A DNA stretch of 64,000 nucleotides from a virus, in IMG/VR virus record IMGVR_UViG_3300047666_000603, positions 9,239 through 73,238 of that record, one strand, 5' to 3'. Made by a program: the position numbers and the translations under genes. Shown here piece by piece: positions 48,834 to 58,500 of the stretch. Positions within the stretch are counted from its first letter, which is position 1, and each line of letters begins with the position of its first letter. The notes under the pieces are model-generated. The model made no database searches. It was not told the DNA's origin and saw only the letters and a program-made list of their open reading frames with translations.

Positions 48834-49199
48834 ATGGACAAGAATAAGCTCAATTTATACGGAATTATTATTTGTGTTGCCCTGCTATTAGTGGCTGTCG
48901 GCACAATAATAAACCAAGACGCTAAAATACACAATCTAAACGTGAGCCTCAAGGTGTATGAGAAGCAGCAAGAGCAATTAGAGACAGAGAAAGATGTTCT
49001 CCGCAAAGAAATTAAACAAAACGAGAAGCAAATAGCCAAGCTAGAGAAAGAACTAAATAAAATTCCTACAGATGCAGAGATTATTACTAACAGTCCTATT
49101 GTTTACGTCACTTACGATGATGTGTGGCGCACAATCACTCAACCTATCGAAGAGGCAATTAATTTCGTTCAACGGGGAGACAGTGTTATTCCTAACTAA
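48834..49199 (+). CDS. i-spanin-like protein (N-terminal TM plus coiled coil)
   Basis: TM IIICVALLLVAVGTII, long coiled coil, late promoter. Confidence 0.55.
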   Translation: MDKNKLNLYGIIICVALLLVAVGTIINQDAKIHNLNVSLKVYEKQQEQLETEKDVLRKEIKQNEKQIAKLEKELNKIPTDAEIITNSPIVYVTYDDVWRTITQPIEEAINFVQRGDSVIPN

Positions 49200-49494
49200 A
49201 GATCAAGCTGTAGCCCAAGCTAATTTCAATTTAGGGGCTTTTCAACTCCGCGAGAGATTTAAAACAGCCCTATTAAGAGAGGAGAAGCTGCATGAATTAT
49301 GGGCAAGCACCTCCCGCCAATTACAAACACAACAGACCCTCACAAAGAAAACAGAGGAGCAGCTTGCATTAAGAGAGCAGGAGATGAAGGACATTCAAAA
49401 AACCCATAAGAAAGAGAAACGTAAGAAATTCATCCAGAACACAGGGGTGGGGCTTGTAATTGGAATCGTGGGGACGCTGCTGTTAACCAATTAA
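49072..49494 (+). CDS. Spanin partner-like protein (signal peptide, coiled coil, C-terminal TM)
   Basis: Overlaps previous gene by 128 nt in another frame. Confidence 0.5.
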   Translation: MQRLLLTVLLFTSLTMMCGAQSLNLSKRQLISFNGETVLFLTKDQAVAQANFNLGAFQLRERFKTALLREEKLHELWASTSRQLQTQQTLTKKTEEQLALREQEMKDIQKTHKKEKRKKFIQNTGVGLVIGIVGTLLLTN

Positions 49495-49715
49495 GGTGTT
49501 TTTGTTTGTTCAAGGCTTTCTAAATACGCATCTATAATGTCATCGTTAATATCAGGGCAATTCCACTCATTACTAAGGTGGCTTGCAAAATCTTTTAACT
49601 GTTCTCTTTGCTCTACAACACTAAATAAAGCCAATACCTGATCCTCTAATTCAATAACAGGCATCGTTTCATCGTTGTAATATTCCTTAAACAGTTTTTT
49701 TATTTTTTCTTTCAT
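49491..49715 (-). CDS. Junction-spanning ORF (LALFS-V-VEQREQL)
   Basis: Starts in hairpin loop; GTT read as Val. Confidence 0.7.
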   Translation of the reverse strand: MKEKIKKLFKEYYNDETMPVIELEDQVLALFSVVEQREQLKDFASHLSNEWNCPDINDDIIDAYLESLEQTKTP

Positions 49716-49922
49716 TGGTACAGTCTTTATTATTTTCGTTGGTAGTAATTATATTTGCTTCCATTTCCAATTAGAAGAATCCTCTTCTTTACTTTGGCAC
49801 ATAAATACGCTATAAGATTCTCTCCAACTTGTTAAGTAGGTAACACCCTTAGGGTCTTGTACTATTAATTCAGTACTTTTAGGAGGCTCTTGGTCTTTAA
49901 CGCAAATAAAACTATTGCCATC
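49491..49922 (-). mobile_element. Relic cassette array 5
   Basis: Hairpin 49740-49617 (arms aataaagactgtacc / ggtattggctttatt); cassette 49922-49738 with mutated GAT core. Confidence 0.6.
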
Positions 49923-50087
49923 AACGGGTGCGGTTAATGCTTTCTTTAGTTTTTTAAGATAATTATCTAAATTGCAATCTTCATTTTGCACACCCTTATT
50001 GTATACCTCAAACAGTATCTCTTGTTCTTTTGTTAGTTTTACTTCTCTCATTTTCATGTTGTTTTTGTTTGTTAAGCAAATATACAT
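49749..50087 (-). CDS. Hypothetical protein crossing a degenerate core (APV-D-GNSF); DUF551-like C-terminus
   Basis: ORF; FICVKDQEPP...WKWK. Confidence 0.6.
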   Translation of the reverse strand: MYICLTNKNNMKMREVKLTKEQEILFEVYNKGVQNEDCNLDNYLKKLKKALTAPVDGNSFICVKDQEPPKSTELIVQDPKGVTYLTSWRESYSVFMCQSKEEDSSNWKWKQI

Positions 50088-50101
50088 AGAAAAACATTCA
50101 T

Positions 50102-50142
50102 AAAAAAGAAAAGCCTCACAAATTAATGCAAGGCTTCTCTTT
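50102..50142 (-). terminator. Intrinsic terminator followed by TATATTTG box (50084-50077)
   Basis: Minus strand agccttgca..tgtgaggcttttc. Confidence 0.7.
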
Positions 50143-50168
50143 TAAACTCTACGTTAAGAGCCTATCTA

Positions 50169-50733
50169 TCAAGAACCGCAGGAAAGGCAAAACCCGTCCT
50201 CAATGTCACAAACATTTTTTTTTCCCTGCAAGTCATTCAGCTTATGTTTAAGCCTTTTAATAATGTTAGAGGTGACGTGTCTATCCTCTTCATCCATACT
50301 TGAGAGTGAAATTGTTAGTAATTCAATCTTCTTTGCAATAGCTAATTGTTCTTCCATAAATGCTGTCATTAAATTTTAGTGTTAGAGGGGAAAGGTACGT
50401 AATTGTTTTGGTTGTTTGTTATTAGCCCCAGAATTTCTTTCTACGCTCATTCTTTCCCCGTGATGTTAAATGCCAACGCCCTTCTGGACATTGATAGACG
50501 CGATGTGGCTTGTTGCTTCTCATGTGCTTGTCTCTCTGTATTTCATGCAGACGTAATGTAGCTTGCTCTTCCGTGGGGAACGTCTCCTTCCCGCAACATT
50601 TAACAGCAACATCAAACACCTCCTCACATTCCACCACCTCTGTCTCTCTCCTCATCTTCCTTACGAGTTCTTGTAGCCTTCTATTGGGCGTTTTCTTTAT
50701 TCGCGGGAGAGCTAAGAACTCTTTAAGAGTCAT
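50169..50733 (-). CDS. Two small Cys-containing genes (50169-50369 ending CLSCGS; 50422-50733)
   Basis: ORF track; YQCPEGRWHLTS motif in the second. Confidence 0.6.
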
Positions 50734-50888
50734 TGTACGCCCTCCAACACTCTACTTTGTAACACCTTCCTAATAATAGCCTCCACATGAGAGGGATAGG
50801 AATAGAACACTTTAGGGATTGTGTCAGACATTACAAGAGCGTGTATAGCGTCCTTAATTTCATTCTCTGTTAGTTCTTTCATTGTTTT

Positions 50889-51281
50889 CTAGTTTAAATA
50901 TCCGTTCTCTCTTGCCCATTTAGGAGAAACGTGATGTATTTCATGGTGACACGGGCGACATAATGCCATAACATTAGTGAAGTCGTTTAGCTTATCCTCC
51001 ATACGCCCTCCTTTGTGATGGATGTCTGTTGGATTTGGTGTGCCGCATATTTCACAGACACCATGCTCTTTCAAATAAGCCTCTCTAAGCACCTTATAAG
51101 CTGTTTGCTGCTTCTTTCTCTTGTCGCTGATAGGCTTTATAGGTTTACGCTTTAAGGGGGCTACGTTCTGTTGTAATGGCTTCGACTTACTCTTAGCCAC
51201 ACAATCCATACACCCCACCTTACGATTCCATAGGAATTTCTCCTCTCCACAGGTGGGGCATATTTTCTTTTTAGCTTTCAA
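50889..51281 (-). CDS. HNH endonuclease-like protein
   Basis: CEICG..DIHH..N..ALCRPCHHEIH. Confidence 0.85.
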   Translation of the reverse strand: MKAKKKICPTCGEEKFLWNRKVGCMDCVAKSKSKPLQQNVAPLKRKPIKPISDKRKKQQTAYKVLREAYLKEHGVCEICGTPNPTDIHHKGGRMEDKLNDFTNVMALCRPCHHEIHHVSPKWARENGYLN

Positions 51282-52575
51282 CTCTTGTATAATTCAAACT
51301 CATAAACCACGTGTAGTTTTCCGTTGTCGCGCTTTATTAGATAATCATGCCTCCCTGTTTCGATTATAGTGGCGTTGGTTCTATAATGTCGCTTCAACCT
51401 ACTATGTATAGATATTTTTACTCTGTCACCCACTTTAAACCTTTCTTGTAGAGGTGTACTATACCCCCAATTATTATCGAATAGATTTAACAACACCCAT
51501 AATATTCTTATCATGTCTTTTGTTTTAAGTTAAAATAAGTATTCCGCGCAAATTAAAAGCCCCATAATAGCTCCAAACAAGCCCATCATAAGCCCTTCCT
51601 CTGCTTTCATTTCATTGTAGCGTGGAGAATTGAGCCACCACTTAACCCAACGTCTAAACGCTTGTCTCCTTTGTACTCTCAAGAGCTTCTTCATTGTCGT
51701 TGGTCTTAATTTCAAAAGCATTCTCAACGAGGTCACAATAAGACTTATAGCTTTCCACTAAACTATCAGCGTATGCCTCATTCTGTTTATTCAATGTAGC
51801 CAACATCCTGTCGTAATGCATTGTAAGGGACTTGGCTGTTATTTTTAGCTGCCCCTTAAACAACCCTCCGTAAATAGGATGCTCTCTAAGCTCATTCATA
51901 TTATCCGTAATATACATTAACGAAATGAGTGTAAGGGCTGCCCTCTTGTCTATTTCTTCCTTCATGTTTGTTTTGTTTTAAGCTCTTCGCCCGTTAGGGA
52001 ATAAAATAGATTTTGAAGCGTGTGAACTTCCTTCACTGTACGTAAGCACCAAGTATTGCCATCCACCTCACTAAATGAAAACACTCTTTTTGTGTTCGGT
52101 TGGTATAAGAGATCAGCGCGAAGGCTTTGTATTAGAAACGACCTAATATCTCTATGGGTAATCTCGTTAAACCCAAACTTCAACAACCACTCTTCTGTTA
52201 AGGGGATTGGAATAAGTTCGTCCTCTCCTTTAGTGATTTCTGTTACTGCGGTTACATACACATAATTAGGTGCAATAGTTGTAACTCTATAGTTCATTTC
52301 GCACAACTCATTGGTAGTAGTGTCTATTGCATTAACCAAATTCCCAATCCTTAATTCTATTGCTTTCATTTCCCTTGATTTATTGCCTCCATAGGAACGG
52401 CGTAAATAATTGTAATTGCAATAGAACACACTATCATCATAGCCTTAGCCTCCAAATTCCAATTCAAAACATCTGCATTACCAAAGACAAACATCCCTGA
52501 TAATACAAACATAATGAATATAACAAACATAAAACAAGCGTACAATGCTATTTTCTTGATTCTTCTCTTAGTCAT
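51278..52575 (-). CDS. Five small genes (51278-51514, 51530-51736, 51654-51965, 51962-52429, 52366-52575)
   Basis: Coupled ORFs; 51962 has ELRIGNLV..PIPLTEEWLLKFGF..LQNLFYSLTGEEL; 52366 has 2 TM. Confidence 0.65.
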
Positions 52576-53141
52576 TACGATGTGATGTATTTATACTTGT
52601 TTGTAGCGTGTTCTATCAACTCTTCTACAGATTGTATGTTTCTTGCTGTTGTTTCATCTGCGGCGGCGTGTAGGGCTGTCTGTCGGCTTATCATAAGGCT
52701 TGTTTTCGGGTCATCCCATTTCAATAGCGGCCCGTCAATATCACCTAGAACATAAGCTGCAATAGTGTTGCATCCCTTCCCGTCTATAAGAACGTGTTGG
52801 TGTATTCCGTTTACGGTTCCTGCGGCCTTTACAGCAGAGCCTTTAGCCATGCGTTTGAGTTCTTCTAACGATGTCACCTTCTCTTTAAAACCACCACCTT
52901 TATTTCCACCTCCTGTAAAGGCTTCTCTCACTACTTTGCACTTCCACCCATATTCACCCTCATTAGCCTCCACTTCTATCTGTTGGCCAACGGCAATATG
53001 TTTAGCGTCTTTTTCTTTAGCCCCGATGTTAAGTAAATGCTCACACCCCTCTATTTTAATGTCATGGAAATACGTTATCCCTTTCGGCCCTGGCCATTCC
53101 TTCTTAAATGCTGACTGTGTAATCTTTCCTTTTACTACCAT
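52575..53141 (-). CDS. Putative ssDNA-binding/recombination protein (OB-like N-terminus)
   Basis: KGKIT..WPGPKG.TYFHDI; lies near exonuclease and SSB. Confidence 0.4.
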   Translation of the reverse strand: MVVKGKITQSAFKKEWPGPKGITYFHDIKIEGCEHLLNIGAKEKDAKHIAVGQQIEVEANEGEYGWKCKVVREAFTGGGNKGGGFKEKVTSLEELKRMAKGSAVKAAGTVNGIHQHVLIDGKGCNTIAAYVLGDIDGPLLKWDDPKTSLMISRQTALHAAADETTARNIQSVEELIEHATNKYKYITS

Positions 53142-53168
53142 TTGTTTATTGTATTTGGGGTTAATTGT

Positions 53169-53939
53169 TTAGTAAATATCAATTTCTGTCATGTCACAAC
53201 TATACTCATCCTCAAGGTACATATCAATAAACTCATTAGCCATATCACCTTTGAGTTCAAATTTAGGCTTATTTTGCTCTTTTTCCGCCTTTCTAATAAT
53301 CATTTTAAGGATGTTTCTGAGGTGTGATAACTCTAATTCATCAACGTTTATTTTTACCCCTTGTTTTGTTGTCCAAAAATATTCCATATCCTTATTGTAT
53401 TTGGTTCATCACTTGTTCATACACATAATCAGAGTCATCATTGATCTCGTCAAGTTGTGCTTCTGTCATTTTCTTGCCGTCATAATCCGCGCTGTAAATG
53501 AAAGCGTTAGAAAAATCAGGGTAGTCTGACGTATTAATACCGTCCACCTCTACGTTGTCTATTTTACTTTTGTCCATTTTGTTTAGTTAAGTGCTTTTTC
53601 GATTGCTGCTTCTGCGTTGCCTACTCTAATGTGCTGAGCATTATCAATGTCGTCTCTATTAAAAACTAAAACCATTTCCTGCAAAGCCTCAAGCAAGTCA
53701 GGCGCGGCGGCTATTAGTTTGGCGTTGGCTTCCCACTTCTGAGTCGTTTCATTGTTACCCCATCCTTGATTTTCTGAATCTGTGGCATAATCTACATTGC
53801 AAATAATTCTACCCGTATTGTCGTGTACGCTTATTTGATTGTGATAAAACTCTTTACTTCCGTCTTCGAATCGAGAAAATAATGCGCTTTCAAAAGCTCG
53901 CCTTTGTTTCCACTCGCCTTTTGTTCCTTTAAATTCCAT
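53169..53939 (-). CDS. Three small genes (53169-53387, 53392-53577, 53583-53939)
   Basis: ORF track; last has the common phage motif ANAKLIAAAPDLLEAL. Confidence 0.7.
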
Positions 53940-53951
53940 GTTTATTGTTTT

Positions 53952-54701
53952 TTATTGTTTATAATTTCCATTCTCAGGGCAAGCCGTTTGCCCACAAATA
54001 TTTTTGCACCAAAACCAAGAAGGCTTCTTCTCCCATTTGGTTTCTGCTTCTATCTTCCCCGCGACATCATCCACCCAAGCAGCCACCTTATTGTATTCCT
54101 TTAAATCAAACACCTCTGTTAGCTTCTCATTATATCTAGCCATGTAAAAGCTCATGCTCTTTGGGTATTTGCCGTATTTCTCTTTGACATATCTCGCATA
54201 GATGTAGAGTTGGCGTTTCTTAGTTTCAAACTTCTTGCCGCGAAACCCATCAATACCAGAGGTTTTCCAATCCCAAATATAGTAATCTTTCCCGTCAAAA
54301 AGAACTAAATCAGCAAATAATTTCACCTTTCTCCCACTAATTGTAACAACACCCTCACCTTCTATACCCACCACTTCACCCTCAAACTTAGCAAATACAT
54401 CAGGGAGATGGTCAAGGAAAGCAATACATTCATTCACCCATTTCTCAGCATATTCCTTCCTCATATTGTCAAAGGATAGAATAGGCGTTCCAAAATAAAA
54501 CCAATCCGATGCTTCTGAGTGTAATATAAGCTCTTTGAGGACATTTTCTACAGCTTCATGTAGAAAGCTTCCGCCCGTAGACCAATCGTTCCCAATTTCA
54601 GGTAGTTTTAGGTTATAGGTGCAATGATAGCTGAATGGGCAAGTTTCAAACTTATCAAGACGGGAATAGCTATATACCTTCTCTTTAATCATAAGCAACA
54701 A
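53952..54701 (-). CDS. PD-(D/E)XK exonuclease (Cas4/RecB-like, Fe-S Cys)
   Basis: SYSRL...CP, ADLV, DWKTS, QLYIY, CKNIC...CP. Confidence 0.85.
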   Translation of the reverse strand: MLLMIKEKVYSYSRLDKFETCPFSYHCTYNLKLPEIGNDWSTGGSFLHEAVENVLKELILHSEASDWFYFGTPILSFDNMRKEYAEKWVNECIAFLDHLPDVFAKFEGEVVGIEGEGVVTISGRKVKLFADLVLFDGKDYYIWDWKTSGIDGFRGKKFETKKRQLYIYARYVKEKYGKYPKSMSFYMARYNEKLTEVFDLKEYNKVAAWVDDVAGKIEAETKWEKKPSWFWCKNICGQTACPENGNYKQ

Positions 54702-54990
54702 CTATTTCATTGTAAATAACACCCATATCTCTTAATGTAGGATAAAGAGCATCCCGAACTAAGTCCTCAACATCATTCTCATTGTATTCATCGTTAAATT
54801 CAGCGTATGCTTTAAAGCAATTCCCGCCAACATCCCTAAACGAAATAAAAGGTGTAGGGAATGAGCTATTAAAAAACTCCTTTATCTTCTCCCTATCTGA
54901 TTCGTGTATAATAAAGGAGACAGTGATGGAGAAGTGTTGTAGAGACATTTCACTCTCTGGTGTAGATTGTTTGTAGTCGTCCAAATTCAT
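54685..54990 (-). CDS. Hypothetical protein
   Basis: ORF track. Confidence 0.55.
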   Translation of the reverse strand: MNLDDYKQSTPESEMSLQHFSITVSFIIHESDREKIKEFFNSSFPTPFISFRDVGGNCFKAYAEFNDEYNENDVEDLVRDALYPTLRDMGVIYNEIVVAYD

Positions 54991-55051
54991 GTTGTTTGTT
55001 TTTAAATAGCCCCGACCATATTGCCGAGGCTATAATGTTGTTAATCAGTTG

Positions 55052-55417
55052 TTAGAATGGTAAATCATCTTCACCATCCAATATAGGGCTTGTTGTTCCT
55101 CCCGATTGATCTGCAAAAGCTTGCTCCTGACTAGCAAAAGCATCTTTCTTTACGCTAGAAGATTTAGTCACCTTCCAGCCCTCGATGTTGCTGTAGAATT
55201 TGCCAGAATGTTCCCTCCCGCGCAAATTAATAGCAACCTCCACCTCATCACCCTCATTCACACTGTCTAGTAGTGCTATTCTATCCTGTGTAAATTCGAC
55301 GGGAACGAACTGTGGGTATTTTTCATTGGGGTCTGTAATCACCACCACCCTTTTCTTAAACTTGTCGCTAATTTGCTCTATTGGCAATAGCTTGTGTACT
55401 TTTCCTGTAATCTCCAT
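55052..55417 (-). CDS. DUF3127-type single-stranded DNA-binding protein
   Basis: MEITGKV, FKKR, YPQFV..EFTQD, NLRGRE, acidic DDLPF tail. Confidence 0.88.
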   Translation of the reverse strand: MEITGKVHKLLPIEQISDKFKKRVVVITDPNEKYPQFVPVEFTQDRIALLDSVNEGDEVEVAINLRGREHSGKFYSNIEGWKVTKSSSVKKDAFASQEQAFADQSGGTTSPILDGEDDLPF

Positions 55418-55421
55418 TTAT

Positions 55422-55769
55422 TTATTTGTTTTTCACGATTTTAAATTCTTCTCCAAGTTTCTCTTGAAGCTGCTCTATTGTGTATTCCTTCACCTTATGG
55501 TTACGCTTCCAAATTAAATGCCCATCCCTTGCCTCAAGCATATCGGAAGCATCCTCTCCCCACCAAACTTTGTCTATAGAGTACTCGCAAAGTTCATACT
55601 CCAAGTCTGAATTGAAGCCACCATCGAAAGTCATCCATCCATCTCCTGTTGTATTTTCGTTTTTAACAGATTTACCTGATAATTCACCCACTTTATTTTT
55701 AAACAATAGGTATCTGTTCCCATTCCTTGTTTCAACTAACATTCCTGATTCTAATTCACTTCTTTTCAT
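55422..55769 (-). CDS. Hypothetical protein
   Basis: SELESGMLVETRNG; C-terminal YTIEQLQEKLG; TATATTTG box at 55801-55794. Confidence 0.7.
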   Translation of the reverse strand: MKRSELESGMLVETRNGNRYLLFKNKVGELSGKSVKNENTTGDGWMTFDGGFNSDLEYELCEYSIDKVWWGEDASDMLEARDGHLIWKRNHKVKEYTIEQLQEKLGEEFKIVKNK

Positions 55770-55822
55770 TTGTTTAGATTATTGATTTGTTTACAAATAT
55801 ACGCATTAAATTCCTTAATACA

Positions 55823-56062
55823 CTAAAAAGGCAGCCCTAAATCTCTTATTCCCTTCACGGCCATCATTTGCTTTCCGATCTTAATCTTTCGGTAACACTT
55901 ACTTGCTTTAACTCCGTTTGGGCTTATCTTGTTTCTCCTTGCTATCTCTGAAATGGTGTCCACTCCTGAAAGTTTTGCGCTTAGTTCCAAAACTGTAACC
56001 AAAAACGAAACGTCTTCAGATTCGCTTATTTGTTTAAGTGTCTGTAATTGAGAATCGTTCAT
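55823..56062 (-). CDS. Small HTH-like protein after the last core of array 4
   Basis: TISEIARRNKISPNGVK. Confidence 0.5.
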   Translation of the reverse strand: MNDSQLQTLKQISESEDVSFLVTVLELSAKLSGVDTISEIARRNKISPNGVKASKCYRKIKIGKQMMAVKGIRDLGLPF

Positions 56063-56133
56063 GGTTACAAATTTATAATTACGCTTATGATATGTTGGGT
56101 CGCATTAGATTAGAAACGTAAAACATAGATAGA

Positions 56134-56913
56134 ATGAACCACACGGAAAAACTTAAAGGGTATATAAACGAACTAAAAGAGGAGTTAAAGAAATCCCTGA
56201 TTAACAAATACGGAGAGGAAAACGAGAAGAGTATTGGATGTGATATTGACATTCAGACGATACCGATAAGAAATACTTCGGCGTTTCATTACGATAGGTC
56301 AGCGCACCAATTTGACGCGGAAATAGAAATCATTTTGACTGAGATTAATAAGAAGTATTTTAGTGAAGAGGGGTAGTTAGATTTACCTTAAACGATTTAT
56401 CAACGGAAACAGTTTTACCACTTCCGTTTTCAATACTGAAAAAAATGTTTGATTCACTTAATTCCTCCACAGCTTTTTTTATTTGACTTTCTAGTGCGTA
56501 AATATTAAACAACTCCTTAACGTCTATTGAATTTGGTGCTTTATCCATTCTCCAAATTTACTACCTTGACTAACCAACCTTGTTATTGAAATATGAAACG
56601 AAAAGTGATTTATCCAAAATCAGATGTAGAAAGTTCGGAAAAAATATACGCCAAGGTATTTTCAGACAAAAATAAGTTTGTCGTTAAAGAAAAGGAAGCG
56701 CAGCTATTTGGCAGGGCTTATAATGGTGAAAAGATATACGAGCCTTATGTGCTAGAGGTTTTTTTATTTTGGTTGCTATCACCCCGTAAGTTTTTCTTAG
56801 AAATTTGGTCAGACCTAACGATTGAGCGTAAAATAGATATTGTGTTTAATGTATTAGCTACTACAACAAGCATCATTGCTATTATTATAAGTGTCATTGC
56901 TTTGAATAAGTGA
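56134..56913. CDS. Three ORFs inside one cassette (56134-56376 +, 56360-56548 -, 56593-56913 + with C-terminal TM)
   Basis: ORF track; within cassette 56094-56940. Confidence 0.55.
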
Positions 56914-57097
56914 ATAAAAAAAATAAATACGCGCCCCAACAAAACCTATACTGCATAGCCTTCGGCATACGCAGCATAGCTTAAGCGTTGGCATTCATTT
57001 AGACAATTCTCTCCAGTAATTTATTTTATCACGGTCGGACATGAATGCAGATGCAGTTCCGCACAATTCGTAAAAATCCATTTTTAATATTTCTGTA

Positions 57098-57340
57098 TCA
57101 GTCATTTTTCAATCCCTCTTTTTTGCAAAAACTAACCATCTTGTCTTTTAACCATTTTCTATGTTCTTCGTCTCCATGTTCAATTTCTGTAAATAGCTGC
57201 ATTATCTTTGTACAGGCAAATTGATTCATCGCATCAATCGCATCAGGATATTTAACATACCCCGTTTCATCATTGTCAAGTTCATCGGTTTCGTTAAACC
57301 ACTCTCTTCCAAATTTTGTTATGTATTCTCTTGCTTCCAT
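57098..57340 (-). CDS. Cassette hypothetical protein (HGDEEHRKWLK motif)
   Basis: Within cassette 56987-57363. Confidence 0.7.
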   Translation of the reverse strand: MEAREYITKFGREWFNETDELDNDETGYVKYPDAIDAMNQFACTKIMQLFTEIEHGDEEHRKWLKDKMVSFCKKEGLKND

Positions 57341-57438
57341 AAAATCAAAAACGAAATGCCAACATTGGCTAAAAAGCATAGCCGCAATGTCAGCGGGTTA
57401 TTGAGGCGTATTACAGGCTACGCTTCTTAGCCTTACCG

Positions 57439-57729
57439 TTATAAGCAATAACGAGTGTTCCACTTATCAAGGATGCTTTGCCAATGCCACTCAAACATAG
57501 GTGAATATGTTATGGTATCTCCTTTATTTTCTACGCATTCCACACTTTCATAAACACTTGGTCTTGTGTGGCAATCGTTGTTATTGCAAGTTATTTCAAC
57601 GGTTGATGGCACATAGTTTTTATCTACATTTGGTTTTTCTCCACAGAAGGGGCAAGGTAAAGCACTGCTTATAACATTAGCTATACTCAATGCCTTAATT
57701 TCTGCTTTTTTTGAAGTTTCTTGTTCCAT
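57439..57729 (-). CDS. Lar-like (restriction alleviation) zinc-ribbon protein spanning a junction
   Basis: LPCPFCG...C....C...WNTR; starts in hairpin loop, SIAN-V-ISS, stop in TAAC core. Confidence 0.7.
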   Translation of the reverse strand: MEQETSKKAEIKALSIANVISSALPCPFCGEKPNVDKNYVPSTVEITCNNNDCHTRPSVYESVECVENKGDTITYSPMFEWHWQSILDKWNTRYCL

Positions 57730-57803
57730 TTTAATTTTTGTTTTATAAGTTATCTTAGTTTTTCAAATGTCGGCACTAAGCATAGCCAAACCGTTGTAGC
57801 CAA

Positions 57804-58267
57804 TTAAGACCAAAACCCTTTTTCAATCATCCAATCACTTATTTTCTTTATTTCAGTCCATAGCAATATCAAAGAGTCTGTATCTTTTAAATGGTCTGTC
57901 ATATCATTTGCTTTTATATCATCATCATTTTCAAGTGATTTAGGATATATCAAATCATATAATTCAATCTTTTGTTCTTTCGTTAATTCTTTCATTTTTC
58001 GTTTATTAAAATAACTGGCTACAACAACGTGTATAGCACATTAAAACGATGCCATACACACAGCGTTGTGGTGCATTAGATATACGGCATATAACTACTT
58101 TGACCTTTAGCCTTTTCTAATTCTAAATCAGCATGAAGGGAAAGTATTTCTTTTTCTCTTTCAATTACTCTTTTTGCGTAGGCATCTAAGCTAAATTCTT
58201 TCCATTCACCATTTGGTGTGTGCTTATAATATAATCTACCTTCAATCCATTTTTCTGCGTAATACAT
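57804..58267 (-). CDS. Two single-ORF cassettes (57804-57995; 58076-58267)
   Basis: Each ORF fills its cassette. Confidence 0.7.
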
Positions 58268-58500
58268 AGTTCTTTAATTTAACGCACCTAACATTAAATA
58301 AAAATGCATTGAAACGACATTTTATTAAGGTCGTTGGGATGCAATTAAAAAAGACATACAACAATAAATATAAGTAATGGGTGTGGTATGCTGTCGGGAT
58401 TATTCTTACAATATAAAACAGCCCTTACAAAGTCACCGTGCTTATAGCAGTTCATCCACCCACTACTCATATTTTTTGCCGTTAGCAACCATTAAAACGG

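Noticed and set aside
53952-54701. Cas4-like nuclease as part of a CRISPR system or as the cassette recombinase
   Set aside because: Its context (SSB, recombination genes) is that of an ordinary phage exonuclease; nothing links it to the sites.
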